DNA from: an uncultured Alphaproteobacteria bacterium
GTDB taxonomy: Bacteria; Pseudomonadota; Alphaproteobacteria; DATDPM01
Direction of reading: 5' to 3'
DNA length: 64,000 nt
Assembly: GCA_963841995.1 (NCBI GenBank)
Contig: CAWJEX010000021.1
Location: 138,545-202,544 of the forward strand
Each line of letters begins with the position of its first letter. The stretch's first letter is position 1. Positions 50,359 to 59,744 of this stretch are shown piece by piece. A program made the position numbers and the translations under genes. Under the pieces are notes generated by a model. The model was given only the letters and a program-made list of their open reading frames with translations. It searched no databases and was not told where the DNA came from.

Positions 50359-51359
50359 TTGATATGAACCGATTCGACATGAGCCGAAATCTTGGACGCG
50401 GCGGAATAGCCGTTGCAGTACTGGTGCTCGCTCTTGCCCCCGGCATGGCGCGGGCGGCGACCGCCTATGTCTCGAATGAGAAGGGCAATACGATCAGCGT
50501 CATCGATACCGACAAGCAAGTGGTGACCGCGACGATACCGGTCGGCCACCGGCCGCGCGGCATCGTGTTCAGCCGCGACATGAAGCAGGTCTATATCTGC
50601 GCCAGCGACGACGACACGATCGAAGTTCTCGATCTTGTCACCCAGAAAATTGTGGCCGATCTGCCGTCAGGCCCCGATCCCGAATTGCTGCTCCTCGATC
50701 CCAACAAGCCGCTGCTCTATGTCGCCAACGAAGACGACAATATGGTGACAGTCATCGACATCCCGAGCTCCACGGCGGTTCAACAAGTGCCGGTCGGGGT
50801 CGAGCCGGAAGGCCTCGGCATTTCGCCGGACAGCAAGACTTTGGTGAATACCTCCGAAACCACGAATATGGCGCATTTCATCGATACCACCACGTGGGAG
50901 GTGAAGGACAGTGTGCTGGTCGACGCCCGGCCGCGCTTTGCCGTTTTCACCAAGGACGCGAAGGAAGTCTGGGTCTCCGCCGAAGTCGGAGGTACGGTAA
51001 GCGTGATCGACACGGCAACCCATAAGGTCATCAAGCGCATCACTTTCGACATCCCCGGCGTCAACAAAGAGCTGATTCAGGCGGTCGGCGTCAATTTGAG
51101 CGCCGACGGCAAATATGCCTTCGTGGCGCTGGGTCCGTCCAATCGCGTGGTGGTCATCGATCAAAAGACCCACGAGGTCATCAAATATCTGCTGGTTGGC
51201 CAGCGCGTCTGGCATATGGCCTTCACGCCCGATGAAAAGCAGCTTTACACCACGAACGGCGTCAGCAACGACGTGTCCGTGATCGATGTTGCCGACCTCA
51301 AGGTCACGAAATCGATTCCGGTGGGAAGGGAGCCTTGGGGCGTCGTGATCAAGCCATAG
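50355..51359 (+). CDS. YVTN-repeat beta-propeller protein (PQQ-dependent catabolism-associated)
   Basis: Repeated YVxN...VxVID blades (YVSNEKGNTISVIDT, YVANEDDNMVTVIDI, YTTNGVSNDVSVIDV). Confidence 0.7.
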   Translation: MIDMNRFDMSRNLGRGGIAVAVLVLALAPGMARAATAYVSNEKGNTISVIDTDKQVVTATIPVGHRPRGIVFSRDMKQVYICASDDDTIEVLDLVTQKIVADLPSGPDPELLLLDPNKPLLYVANEDDNMVTVIDIPSSTAVQQVPVGVEPEGLGISPDSKTLVNTSETTNMAHFIDTTTWEVKDSVLVDARPRFAVFTKDAKEVWVSAEVGGTVSVIDTATHKVIKRITFDIPGVNKELIQAVGVNLSADGKYAFVALGPSNRVVVIDQKTHEVIKYLLVGQRVWHMAFTPDEKQLYTTNGVSNDVSVIDVADLKVTKSIPVGREPWGVVIKP

Positions 51360-51367
51360 CGGCGCCG

Positions 51368-52120
51368 ATGACGTCGCCCGGTGTACCGGCCCTGGAAGTC
51401 GCGGGGCTCGTCCATGAATTCGGGTCGAAGCGCGCGCTGGACAACGTTGCCTTCGCGATCGATCCGGGCGAGTTCACCGTATTGCTGGGCTTGAATGGCG
51501 CCGGCAAGACTACGCTCTATTCGCTAATCACCCGGCTCTATAACAACCGCTCCGGCTCGATCAAGATTTTGGGTTTCGATGTGCGCAAGCAGTCGTCGGA
51601 AGCTTTGGCGCGGATCGGCGTGGTGTTTCAGCAGCCGACCCTCGATCTCGATCTCACGGTGTCGCAAAACCTGCATTACCATGCGGCGCTGCACGGCATT
51701 TCCCGCCGCGAAGCCCAAGCGCGTATCAATACTGAATTGGCGCGTATCAATCTGACGGAGCGGGCGAACGACAAGGTCCGCGCGCTATCGGGCGGCCAGC
51801 GCCGCCGGATCGAGTTGGCGCGCGCCCTGCTGCATCGGCCCAAGCTCTTGTTGCTCGACGAGCCGACGGTGGGTCTCGATATCGGCAGCCGGCAGGCAAT
51901 CATCGCCCATGTGCGGAAGCTCTGCCGAGAAGAAAATCTGGCGGTGCTTTGGGCGACGCATCTGATCGACGAAGTGGATGAAACCGACAAAGTGATCGTC
52001 CTTCACTTGGGCCGCGTGCTGGCGATAGGCCGCGCCAGCGAGGTCGTCCGGCAGGCTTCGGCCGGGCACATTCGCGAGGCCTTCACCAATCTGATCGAAA
52101 AGACGGCGAAGCCTTCATGA
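51368..52120 (+). CDS. ABC transporter ATP-binding protein (lutE/pedA-like)
   Basis: Walker A GLNGAGKTT, signature LSGGQRRR, Walker B LLLLDEP. The start is at the internal Met after the upstream gene's stop. Confidence 0.8.
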   Translation: MTSPGVPALEVAGLVHEFGSKRALDNVAFAIDPGEFTVLLGLNGAGKTTLYSLITRLYNNRSGSIKILGFDVRKQSSEALARIGVVFQQPTLDLDLTVSQNLHYHAALHGISRREAQARINTELARINLTERANDKVRALSGGQRRRIELARALLHRPKLLLLDEPTVGLDIGSRQAIIAHVRKLCREENLAVLWATHLIDEVDETDKVIVLHLGRVLAIGRASEVVRQASAGHIREAFTNLIEKTAKPS

Positions 52121-52929
52121 CGCTCGTTCACTACTATCGCTGCCTTATCGGCATCATCTGGCGCGAGGCGCTCCGGTTTGTCCATCAGCGCGAGCGGTTC
52201 TTCTCGGCGCTCGTTCGCCCCTTGATCTGGCTTTTGGTTTTTGCCGCCGGTTTCCGTTCGGTGTTGGGTGTTTCGATCATTCCGCCCTACGAAACCTATG
52301 TAACCTACGAAGTCTATATCGCGCCGGGGCTGATCGGGATGATCCAGCTCTTCAACGGCATGCAAAGCTCGTTGTCCATGGTCTATGACCGTGAGATGGG
52401 GAGCATGCGCACGCTGTTGGTCAGCCCGCTGCCGCGCTGGTATCTTTTGGTCTGCAAGCTCTTGGCTGGAACCGCGGTTTCGGTTCTTCAGGTCTATGCG
52501 TTCCTGGTCATCGCCTATTTCTTCGATATCGAGCCGCCGCTTTACGGTTACGTCACCGTGCTCCCGGCGCTCATCGTTTCGGGCTTGATGCTGGGAGCGC
52601 TCGGCATGTTGCTGTCCTCCTGGATCAAACAACTCGAAAATTTCGCCGGGGTGATGAATTTCGTCATCTTCCCGATGTTTTTTGCCTCGTCGGCGCTGTA
52701 TCCATTGTGGAAGATGCAGGAATCGAGCGAAATTCTCTTTTACATCTGCACCTACAATCCGTTCACGGCGGCAATCGAAATCATCCGCTTCGCGCTTTAT
52801 GGCGACGTCAACTGGCTCTATCTCGGCTATGCGGTGGTGGCCACGGTGGTGTTCATGGCGCTGGCCATATATGGATACGATCCTTCGCGCGGCCTCATCG
52901 CCCGCAAGGCCGGAGCGATGGCTTAACAC
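52117..52929 (+). CDS. ABC-2 type transporter permease (lutF/pedB-like)
   Basis: Six TM segments. Translationally coupled to the ATPase gene. Confidence 0.75.
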
Positions 52930-52940
52930 GCAGCGTGCAA

Positions 52941-53387
52941 ATGGAAGCTTTCATGAAAAATTTCACTCGATTGGTAGTTTGCGCGAGCATCGCGCTCGCT
53001 CTCGGCGCGATGCCGGCGGAAGCGGCCGGCGATCTGGCGATCAAGGCGACCGCTCTAACGCCGCTCCAATTGGGAATCGGCGACAACGACTACGCGCTGT
53101 CAGTCAAGGAATACCGGCTCGAGACGGGAAAGTCCTATCGCCTCAAGATCTCGGCGGGCGGATACAAGAAGTATGAATTCCAGGCACCGGAGTTCTTCCG
53201 GAATATCTGGGTTCGTAAAATCGTCGCGGGCGACGTGGAAATCGACGCTCCTACGATCAATGCCCTTGAATTTGAAGAGGAATCTTCGATCGACCTGCAC
53301 TTCGTCCCGGTGCGTACCGGCGACTATGAATTGAATATCGAAGGCCTTGAAGAAAAGGGCATGGTCGGAAAATTCGTGGTGAGATGA
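52941..53387 (+). CDS. acidic secreted protein of unknown function, 148 aa, in the lanthanide-uptake operon
   Basis: Signal peptide MEAFMKNFTRLVVCASIALALGAMPAEAAG. The mature part is rich in D/E (EFEEESSIDLHF, DYELNIEGLEEKG). No Cys or His metal site. Confidence 0.5.
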   Translation: MEAFMKNFTRLVVCASIALALGAMPAEAAGDLAIKATALTPLQLGIGDNDYALSVKEYRLETGKSYRLKISAGGYKKYEFQAPEFFRNIWVRKIVAGDVEIDAPTINALEFEEESSIDLHFVPVRTGDYELNIEGLEEKGMVGKFVVR

Positions 53388-54304
53388 TGAAAATCCGGGA
53401 GGAAAACGTGATCGGAACAGGTGAAACGGCCATTCGGCGTGGCTTGACTGCCGCCGCCGCTTTGATGGCGGGATTCTTGATGATGGCGGCAGACCAGCCG
53501 CCGCAGGCGGAGGATCGATCTGCAGCGCCTGCCGACAAAGCGTCGGTCAAGCACGCCCCCATGAAAGAGGCGCCGGCAGATGCGGCGGCCGGCGATTCGG
53601 CAGCTCCCGCCAAGGAATTGTCGGAAGAGGCCGATTGGCCATGCCAGCAGAAATTTGTCGCCGAATTGTCGCCCGGCACGATCTGGAGCGGGCCGCCGCT
53701 CAATGACGCGATGAAGGCTTGGCATGACAACGACAAGATCCGCGATTTGGCAGGTGTGCTTGCCCAGGACACGACGGAAGAAACCGATGGCATCAAGCAG
53801 ATCAACGATTTGGCGGCCGGGCTGAAGGACGATAAGAACAAGCAATTAACGTTGCTCTTTGCGGCGCTGTTCGAAAATTTCAACAACGAACGCAAGTTCA
53901 TGCAAGGCGGCATCAAGAAGTTCTTTCACCGCCAGGAGGATGTCGCGGCGAAGGTCAACAAGATCTCGCAAGAAATTCGGCAAGCCCAAAAGAAGGGCAT
54001 GAAGGAAAATTCTCCGGAAGACAAGACGCTTAAGACCAAGCTCGATTGGGCCAACCGGGTCTATGACGACCGGCAACGGCTTCTTCCCTATGTTTGCGAG
54101 GTGCCGGCTCTGCTCGAACAGAAGCTCGGCAGCTATGGCCGCGCGATTCAGGCTCAGATGAATGGTCAGCCGACGCCGGCGGCGGCGCAGCCGGCCGCCC
54201 CTCAAGACGGTGCATTGGTCGCGCCGAAGGCGGCTGCTCCCGCCAACGCCGAAGCCCCGGGCAAGGCGGAGGCCCCGGAAGCGCCGCCGGCAAAGACGCC
54301 TTAG
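53384..54304 (+). CDS. secreted or membrane-anchored protein of unknown function, 306 aa, Lys/Asp/Glu-rich with an Ala/Pro-rich tail
   Basis: N-terminal hydrophobic segment. Two Cys residues (WPCQQ, YVCEV). ATGA overlap with the upstream gene. Confidence 0.5.
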   Translation: MMKIREENVIGTGETAIRRGLTAAAALMAGFLMMAADQPPQAEDRSAAPADKASVKHAPMKEAPADAAAGDSAAPAKELSEEADWPCQQKFVAELSPGTIWSGPPLNDAMKAWHDNDKIRDLAGVLAQDTTEETDGIKQINDLAAGLKDDKNKQLTLLFAALFENFNNERKFMQGGIKKFFHRQEDVAAKVNKISQEIRQAQKKGMKENSPEDKTLKTKLDWANRVYDDRQRLLPYVCEVPALLEQKLGSYGRAIQAQMNGQPTPAAAQPAAPQDGALVAPKAAAPANAEAPGKAEAPEAPPAKTP

Positions 54305-54546
54305 GAGGAGCGACTTTCCTGCGGCTTGCCCTGGGCGGCGGGGGCTTGAAAAGCGCCGGCTAGTTCAACACGCTAAGCCAGTCATGGCGGGAATCGTTCG
54401 TGGACAAGCTATTGAATTTTATCGGTATTTTAGTGCCCCAAGACGGATTGACCTGAACGGTTTCTGAACGGACCGCTCACGACGGGTTCAGTGACGGAAA
54501 GCTAGGATCGCGACCGTGGGTCAACTCTAACAAAGGGAGCACAATC

Positions 54547-54625
54547 ATGACTTGGACAACCCCGAAGATCGTTGAGATTCTGCGTCGGCCTCGAGATCAA
54601 CAGCTACGCTTGCGCTGAGGTCTAA
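54547..54625 (+). CDS. pqqA: PQQ precursor peptide PqqA, apparently frameshifted by one extra base at about 54580
   Basis: ATG ACT TGG ACA ACC CCG AAG ATC GTT GAG ATT [c] TGC GTC GGC CTC GAG ATC AAC AGC TAC GCT TGC GCT GAG GTC TAA gives MTWTTPKIVEI-CVGLEINSYACAEV. Compare the PqqA consensus M.W..P...EICVG.EVT.Y, with Glu and Tyr three residues apart. Not in the ORF track. Confidence 0.65.
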
Positions 54626-54673
54626 TTAGAGGTCCATCACCTCCGGCGGAGCCCGCCGGACCTGGAGAGCACG

Positions 54674-55669
54674 ATGTTGCATATCCTCGTTCTCGGAGCT
54701 GCTGCCGGAGGTGGTTTCCCCCAATGGAACTGCAATTGCGCGGCCTGCCGCCGTGCGCGTTCCAAAGATAAGGAAGCACGCCCCAGCCATCAGGCCTCGG
54801 TCGCGGTCAGCGCCGATGGCGAACATTGGTTCGTGCTGAATGCCGCGCCCGATCTGCGGCAACAGATCAGCGAAAATCCGAAATTGCATCCCCAAGGCGC
54901 ATTGCGGTCGAGCCCGCTGGCGGGGGTCATCGTCACCAATGGCGACGTGGATGCGATCGCCGGCTTGCTGAATTTGCGCGAAGGCACGCCGTTTTCGCTT
55001 TACGGCCATGACCGGGTGCTGAATGTCTTGCGGGCCAATTCGATTTTCAACGTGCTCGATTCCAAGCTCGTGCCGCGGCACTCGCTTCCGCTCGACCGCG
55101 AGCTGCCGCTCGAATTGGCGGATGGGTCGCCCTCGGGGCTGACCGTCGAAACCTTCGCGGTGCCGGGAAAAATCGCCCTTTATCTTGAAGAGATGAATAA
55201 AGGCAATTTCGGTTCCGAAGCCGGCGACACGATCGGCCTCCATATCCGCGAAACGGATGGGCCAGCGAGTTTATTCTTCATTTCCTCCTGTGCGCGAATG
55301 ACCGGCGATATCGAAAAACGGGTCACGGATGCCGATCTCGTCTTCTTCGACGGCACGCTGTGGGCAGACGACGAGATGATCAAGGCCGGTATGGGCAGCA
55401 AGACCGGCCAGCGTATGGGCCATATGAGCATGTCCGGCGAGAACGGGACGATCGCCGCGTTCCGCAATCTTGGCGTGAAGCGCAAGGTTTTTGTCCATAT
55501 CAACAATTCCAATCCTGCCCTGTTGACCGATTCCCCCGAGCGGCGCGAATTGGAGGCGGCGGGCTGGGAAGTGGGTTTCGACGGCATGGAAATTACATTG
55601 CCGGGTATGGCCGGATCCGATTCATCTCGGGGGCCCGCCACGGTGAAAAAAACTGCCGCCGTTTCGTGA
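54674..55669 (+). CDS. pqqB: PQQ biosynthesis protein B (MBL-fold)
   Basis: N-terminus MLHILVLGAAAGGGFPQWNCNCAAC. Confidence 0.9.
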   Translation: MLHILVLGAAAGGGFPQWNCNCAACRRARSKDKEARPSHQASVAVSADGEHWFVLNAAPDLRQQISENPKLHPQGALRSSPLAGVIVTNGDVDAIAGLLNLREGTPFSLYGHDRVLNVLRANSIFNVLDSKLVPRHSLPLDRELPLELADGSPSGLTVETFAVPGKIALYLEEMNKGNFGSEAGDTIGLHIRETDGPASLFFISSCARMTGDIEKRVTDADLVFFDGTLWADDEMIKAGMGSKTGQRMGHMSMSGENGTIAAFRNLGVKRKVFVHINNSNPALLTDSPERRELEAAGWEVGFDGMEITLPGMAGSDSSRGPATVKKTAAVS

Positions 55670-55730
55670 CGGCGGAATTTGCTAAACTGAGAGATGGATC
55701 CGCGCGCGTAAGCGGATAAGGGAGGGAGAC

Positions 55731-56492
55731 ATGACGGTATTTATGAGCCCCGAGGAATTGGAAGCCCGGCTGCGCAAGATCGGCGCGGAGCGTTACCACA
55801 ACCTCCATCCGTTCCACAAAATGCTGCATGGCGGCAAACTCAACAAGGGTCAGGTCCAAGCCTGGGCGCTCAACCGTTATTATTACCAGTGCATGATTCC
55901 GATCAAGGATGCGGCGCTCATGTCGCGCATCTCGGATCCGCAAGTGCGCCGGGAATGGCGTCATCGGCTCGAAGACCATGACGGCAGCGATCAGCTCGAA
56001 GGCGGTATCGCGCGCTGGTTCAAGCTGACCGACGGCTTGGGACTCGATCGCGACTACGTCAAATCGACGAAGGGCATTCTCCCCGCCACACGTTTTGCGG
56101 TCGACGCCTATGTCACCTTCGTCAAGGAACGGACGCCGCTCGAAGGCATGGCGTCGTCGCTGACCGAATTGTTTGCGCCCACGATTTATCGCGAGCGCAT
56201 CGCCGGCATGCTGGAAAATTACGATTTCGTCAACGACGAGACGATGGCTTATTTCAAGAAACGGCTGAACCAGGCGCCGCGCGATGCGGAATATGTGCTC
56301 GAAGTCGCCAAACGCGAGGCGCGGACGCCGGAACAGCAAGAAGCCGTCTGCAACGCATTGATCTTCAAATGCGACGTCCTGTGGACGATGCTCGATGCGC
56401 TGCATCATGCCTATGTCGAAGGACACATCCCGCCGGGCGCCTTCGTGCCGGAGGGGTTTGACAGAGGGACGGATGGAAAAGGTCGTCATTGA
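55731..56492 (+). CDS. pqqC: pyrroloquinoline-quinone synthase
   Basis: 253 aa PqqC family in pqqBCDE order. Confidence 0.9.
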   Translation: MTVFMSPEELEARLRKIGAERYHNLHPFHKMLHGGKLNKGQVQAWALNRYYYQCMIPIKDAALMSRISDPQVRREWRHRLEDHDGSDQLEGGIARWFKLTDGLGLDRDYVKSTKGILPATRFAVDAYVTFVKERTPLEGMASSLTELFAPTIYRERIAGMLENYDFVNDETMAYFKKRLNQAPRDAEYVLEVAKREARTPEQQEAVCNALIFKCDVLWTMLDALHHAYVEGHIPPGAFVPEGFDRGTDGKGRH

Positions 56493-56757
56493 GGCTGCAT
56501 CCGTGCCCCTGTTCCCGCGCCATGTGAAATTTCATTTCAACAAGCAGCGGGATCAATGGGTGATTTTGGCGCCCGAAAGGTTGCTGGTCCCCGACCCGAC
56601 GTCGGTTGAAATCTTGCGGATGTGCGACGGGGCCACGAGCGTGAGGGGAATCGTGGGAAAGCTGGTTGAAAAATACAACGCACCCCACGATGTAATTTTA
56701 AAGGACGTGATGGCGATGCTTCAGGATCTCGCGGATAAAGGATTTTTGACGACATGA
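56473..56757 (+). CDS. pqqD: PQQ biosynthesis peptide chaperone
   Basis: The start is set at MEKVVIEAAS (94 aa). It overlaps the pqqC 3' end by 20 nt, and its stop overlaps the pqqE start. Confidence 0.8.
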   Translation: MEKVVIEAASVPLFPRHVKFHFNKQRDQWVILAPERLLVPDPTSVEILRMCDGATSVRGIVGKLVEKYNAPHDVILKDVMAMLQDLADKGFLTT

Positions 56758-57884
56758 GCATGACGACTGAAGTGCAGGAAGCCCCGAAAGCGGCGTCGAA
56801 GCCGAAGGTCCAGGCACCTTTGGCCGTTCTGGCGGAGCTGTCGCATCGCTGCCCGCTGCAATGCCCCTATTGCTCCAACCCGGTAAATCTGGAGCGGTCG
56901 AGCAATGAGCTCGATACCGCGTCCTGGTGCCGCATCATGGACGAGGCGGCGGCGATGGGCGTGCATCAAATCCATTTCTCCGGCGGCGAGCCCACGGTAC
57001 GCAAGGATCTCGAAGATCTGACCAAGCACGCCAGCGACATCGGGCTTTATACCAATCTTATCACTTCGGCCGTGCTGTTGACCGAAGAGCGGGTGAATAA
57101 GCTGGCCGATCTGGGAATGAATCATATTCAGATCAGCTTCCAGGATTCGGAAGAGCTGAACGCCGACCGGATCGGCGGTTTCAAGGGCGGCCATAAGAAG
57201 AAGATCGAAGTCGCCCATTGGGTGCGCGAAGCGGGTCTGCCGCTCACCGTCAATGCGGTGATGCATCGCCAGAATTTGCATCATCTCGAAGACGTCATCG
57301 AATTGGCGATGGATCTCGACGCCGAGCGCTTGGAAGTGGCGCAGGTTCAATATTACGGCTGGGCGCTGAAGAACCGCGCCGCCTTCATGCCGACCTATGA
57401 GCAATTGTCTTGGGCAACCGAAGTGGTGGAAAAGGCGCGGGCCCGGCTTAAGGGCACCCTCGTCATCGATTACGTCGTGCCCGATTATTACGCCCGGCGC
57501 CCGAAGGTCTGTATGGGCGGCTGGGGTCGTCGTTTCATCAATATCAATCCCGCCGGCTTGGTTCTTCCCTGCCACGCGGCGGAAAGCATTCCGTCGTTGA
57601 AATTCGATTCGGTGCGGGATCACAGCCTGCAATGGGTCTGGGAAAACTCGGAGGCCTTCAACAAATTCCGCGGTACCGACTGGATGCCGGAGCCCTGCCG
57701 TTCGTGCGATCGCAAGGAAATCGATTGGGGCGGCTGCCGCTGCCAGGCCTTCGCCTTGACCGGCGATGAAATCGCGACCGATCCGGCCTGTGAGCTGTCG
57801 CCGCGCCATGAGGAGATTTTCGGGATCGCCGCCCACGAGGCCCAGGAAGCGCCTCCACCCTTCGTCTATCGCCGGATTGGGTGA
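56754..57884 (+). CDS. pqqE: radical SAM enzyme PqqE
   Basis: CPLQCPYC radical-SAM motif and a SPASM-type C-terminal Cys cluster. Confidence 0.9.
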   Translation: MSMTTEVQEAPKAASKPKVQAPLAVLAELSHRCPLQCPYCSNPVNLERSSNELDTASWCRIMDEAAAMGVHQIHFSGGEPTVRKDLEDLTKHASDIGLYTNLITSAVLLTEERVNKLADLGMNHIQISFQDSEELNADRIGGFKGGHKKKIEVAHWVREAGLPLTVNAVMHRQNLHHLEDVIELAMDLDAERLEVAQVQYYGWALKNRAAFMPTYEQLSWATEVVEKARARLKGTLVIDYVVPDYYARRPKVCMGGWGRRFININPAGLVLPCHAAESIPSLKFDSVRDHSLQWVWENSEAFNKFRGTDWMPEPCRSCDRKEIDWGGCRCQAFALTGDEIATDPACELSPRHEEIFGIAAHEAQEAPPPFVYRRIG

Positions 57885-57914
57885 GCGCCGGCAAAACTGG
57901 AATAGGCCCAAACC

Positions 57915-57952
57915 AATAAAAAGGCCCGCAATTCGCGGGCCTTTTCGTTTTA
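57915..57952. terminator. bidirectional intrinsic terminator between the convergent pqqE and xoxJ genes
   Basis: AATAAAAA-GGCCCGC-AATTC-GCGGGCC-TTTTCGTTTT. Confidence 0.7.
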
Positions 57953-57981
57953 TTCCCGCGGCAACTTATTTTACCCGCTTC

Positions 57982-58923
57982 CTATTTTGGAGATGCCTCA
58001 CCGGCCGCGGGTTTCGCCCCGTCTTTCTCGGGTGCCGCCGCGTTGCTCTCGCCGGCGCTTGGCTTCTGCGGCGCCGATCCGGCGGCAACCGGCGGGCCTA
58101 CCATGTTCAGGACCGGCACCCCGTAAGATTTGAGGATCTCGTTGATCTGAGGCTGGGTTTTGCGGATCGCATCGTTCAGCTCGCGTTTCCAATCGTTTTC
58201 GCCGTGGCGGACACCCATGGTCATAAGGTAATCCATCCGGCCGCCCGGCCGCTTGGCGTTCTCGAGCGGAATCATGACGACGTCGACCTTCTCCTTTTTC
58301 GCCCAATAGGAGACGGTGGGCCCGGCCATCAGCGCGACGTCGATCACTTTGTTCTTGAGGTCTTCAAGCATCTGGTCCGGAACGGGCTGAATTTGAACGT
58401 CATTGCGCAGGCTATAGCCGGTCATGCTGTTGAGCAGATTGTTCTCCTCCATCAAGAAATTGGTCACGGTCCCCGCAACGACGCCGATCTTAAGTTTCTT
58501 CATCGCCGGGTCGGTGATCGACGTCGCCTTGATCCCGGAATCCTTGCGATAAACCATCACATAATTCATCCGGTAATAGGGATTGGTATTGAGAACGGAC
58601 GCCGCGCCGGCGGGAATTCCAATGACGACGTCGCAAACCTTGGTGTTCAGCGTGGTGACGAGAAAGGCGGGACCGAGCGGCGCCCATGTGTAAAGCAGCG
58701 GCCGGTTCATCTGCTTGGCGAGAAGCTCGGCGATCTTGTTTTCGAACCCCGCGCCCTTCTCGCTTGAATAGGGGAGATTGTCCGGATCGGCGCACACCCG
58801 GAAATGAGAGGGATCTACCGCTTCGATGCTGGTGGTGGCAAACGCCGCGCTGGCGGCAGACAGCAGGGCAACGACAAAAGCGGCGCTGCCGGAAAAAAGA
58901 CAGTGCCGCTTTGGTGTCCGCAA
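57982..58923 (-). CDS. xoxJ: XoxJ/MxaJ-family periplasmic protein (solute-binding family 3-like)
   Basis: Core VCADPDNLPYSS and a C-terminal Ala/Pro/Gly-rich tail. The start is assigned to the TTG giving signal peptide MRTPKRHCLFSGSAAFVVALLSAASAAFA. The ORF's alternative TTG at 58983 is possible. Confidence 0.7.
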   Translation of the reverse strand: MRTPKRHCLFSGSAAFVVALLSAASAAFATTSIEAVDPSHFRVCADPDNLPYSSEKGAGFENKIAELLAKQMNRPLLYTWAPLGPAFLVTTLNTKVCDVVIGIPAGAASVLNTNPYYRMNYVMVYRKDSGIKATSITDPAMKKLKIGVVAGTVTNFLMEENNLLNSMTGYSLRNDVQIQPVPDQMLEDLKNKVIDVALMAGPTVSYWAKKEKVDVVMIPLENAKRPGGRMDYLMTMGVRHGENDWKRELNDAIRKTQPQINEILKSYGVPVLNMVGPPVAAGSAPQKPSAGESNAAAPEKDGAKPAAGEASPK

Positions 58924-58987
58924 TGTTAGGCAACGGAACAGTTTCTTGAACGGAGACAATTCTGTCAATCGGAACAAGGGCAAACTC

Positions 58988-59564
58988 CTACTCTGGCGGT
59001 TTCACCGTCCCCCGACCGGCGCGAATACGTGACTCCTTCGGACCCTCCCAATCGGGCACTCCGGCTTCAAGAGCGCCGTCGGCGCGGGCCTTGAGGTACT
59101 GATAGAGCGAGTCGATGTATTTGACGATCGTCGGATTCTCGCCAAAAGAGGGCATGGCGTTGTTCGATACCGGCGTGATGTTCTCGCGGCCGTTCATGAT
59201 CGTGCTTACGAAATCTTCGTAAGACAGGTATTTCAGAGAATCGATCAAGCGGGGCGCAAAGGAGCTGCCGCGCGCCTCCGGGCCGTGACAGACGTAGCAA
59301 ATGCTGTGGTACATGTTGTAGCCGCGGTACACCGCGAAATTGAATTTCCCATCGGGGAATTTCTTGTAGGGCACGTCGGTGTTGAGCTTGACGCCCTTTG
59401 GCACCGCATTATCCGCCGGTGTCGTCTGGGCGTTGCCTTGATCGGCCGCCGGGGGCATCCGCGGCAAAAACGATTTCCGGACCAAGGGCTGAAGCCGCAA
59501 CCGCACCGATGACAATGACCGCGGCGGACAGTCGCCCCTCGGTCCATGCCCATCTCCTGAACAC
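58988..59564 (-). CDS. xoxG: cytochrome c XoxG (cytochrome cL-like), with an apparent frameshift in a G5/C5 run at 59450-59454
   Basis: CYVCHG haem site. The signal peptide (GTG start, VFRRWAWTEGRLSAAVIVIGAVAASALGPEIVFAADAP) is in a different frame from the mature protein; the junction is at GATGCCCCCGGCGG. Confidence 0.7.
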
Positions 59565-59690
59565 GATTGGTATCCTCCCAATTTATTATGCCTATTTTGT
59601 GGGGGAACTTATAGCGGAAGGGCCTAGCCGCAACAACGGAAAAACCGCGGTAGACTGGCCCCTTTGGCTCGGATCGACGATCGAAAGGGC

Positions 59691-59727
59691 CAAAAAAAAG
59701 CCCGGCATCCTTTTGGGATGCCGGGCT
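59691..59727 (-). terminator. intrinsic terminator immediately downstream of xoxF
   Basis: On the minus strand: GCCCGGCATCC-CAAAA-GGATGCCGGGC followed by TTTTTTTT. Confidence 0.75.
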
Positions 59728-59744
59728 CTTACTGAGGTTAAGAT

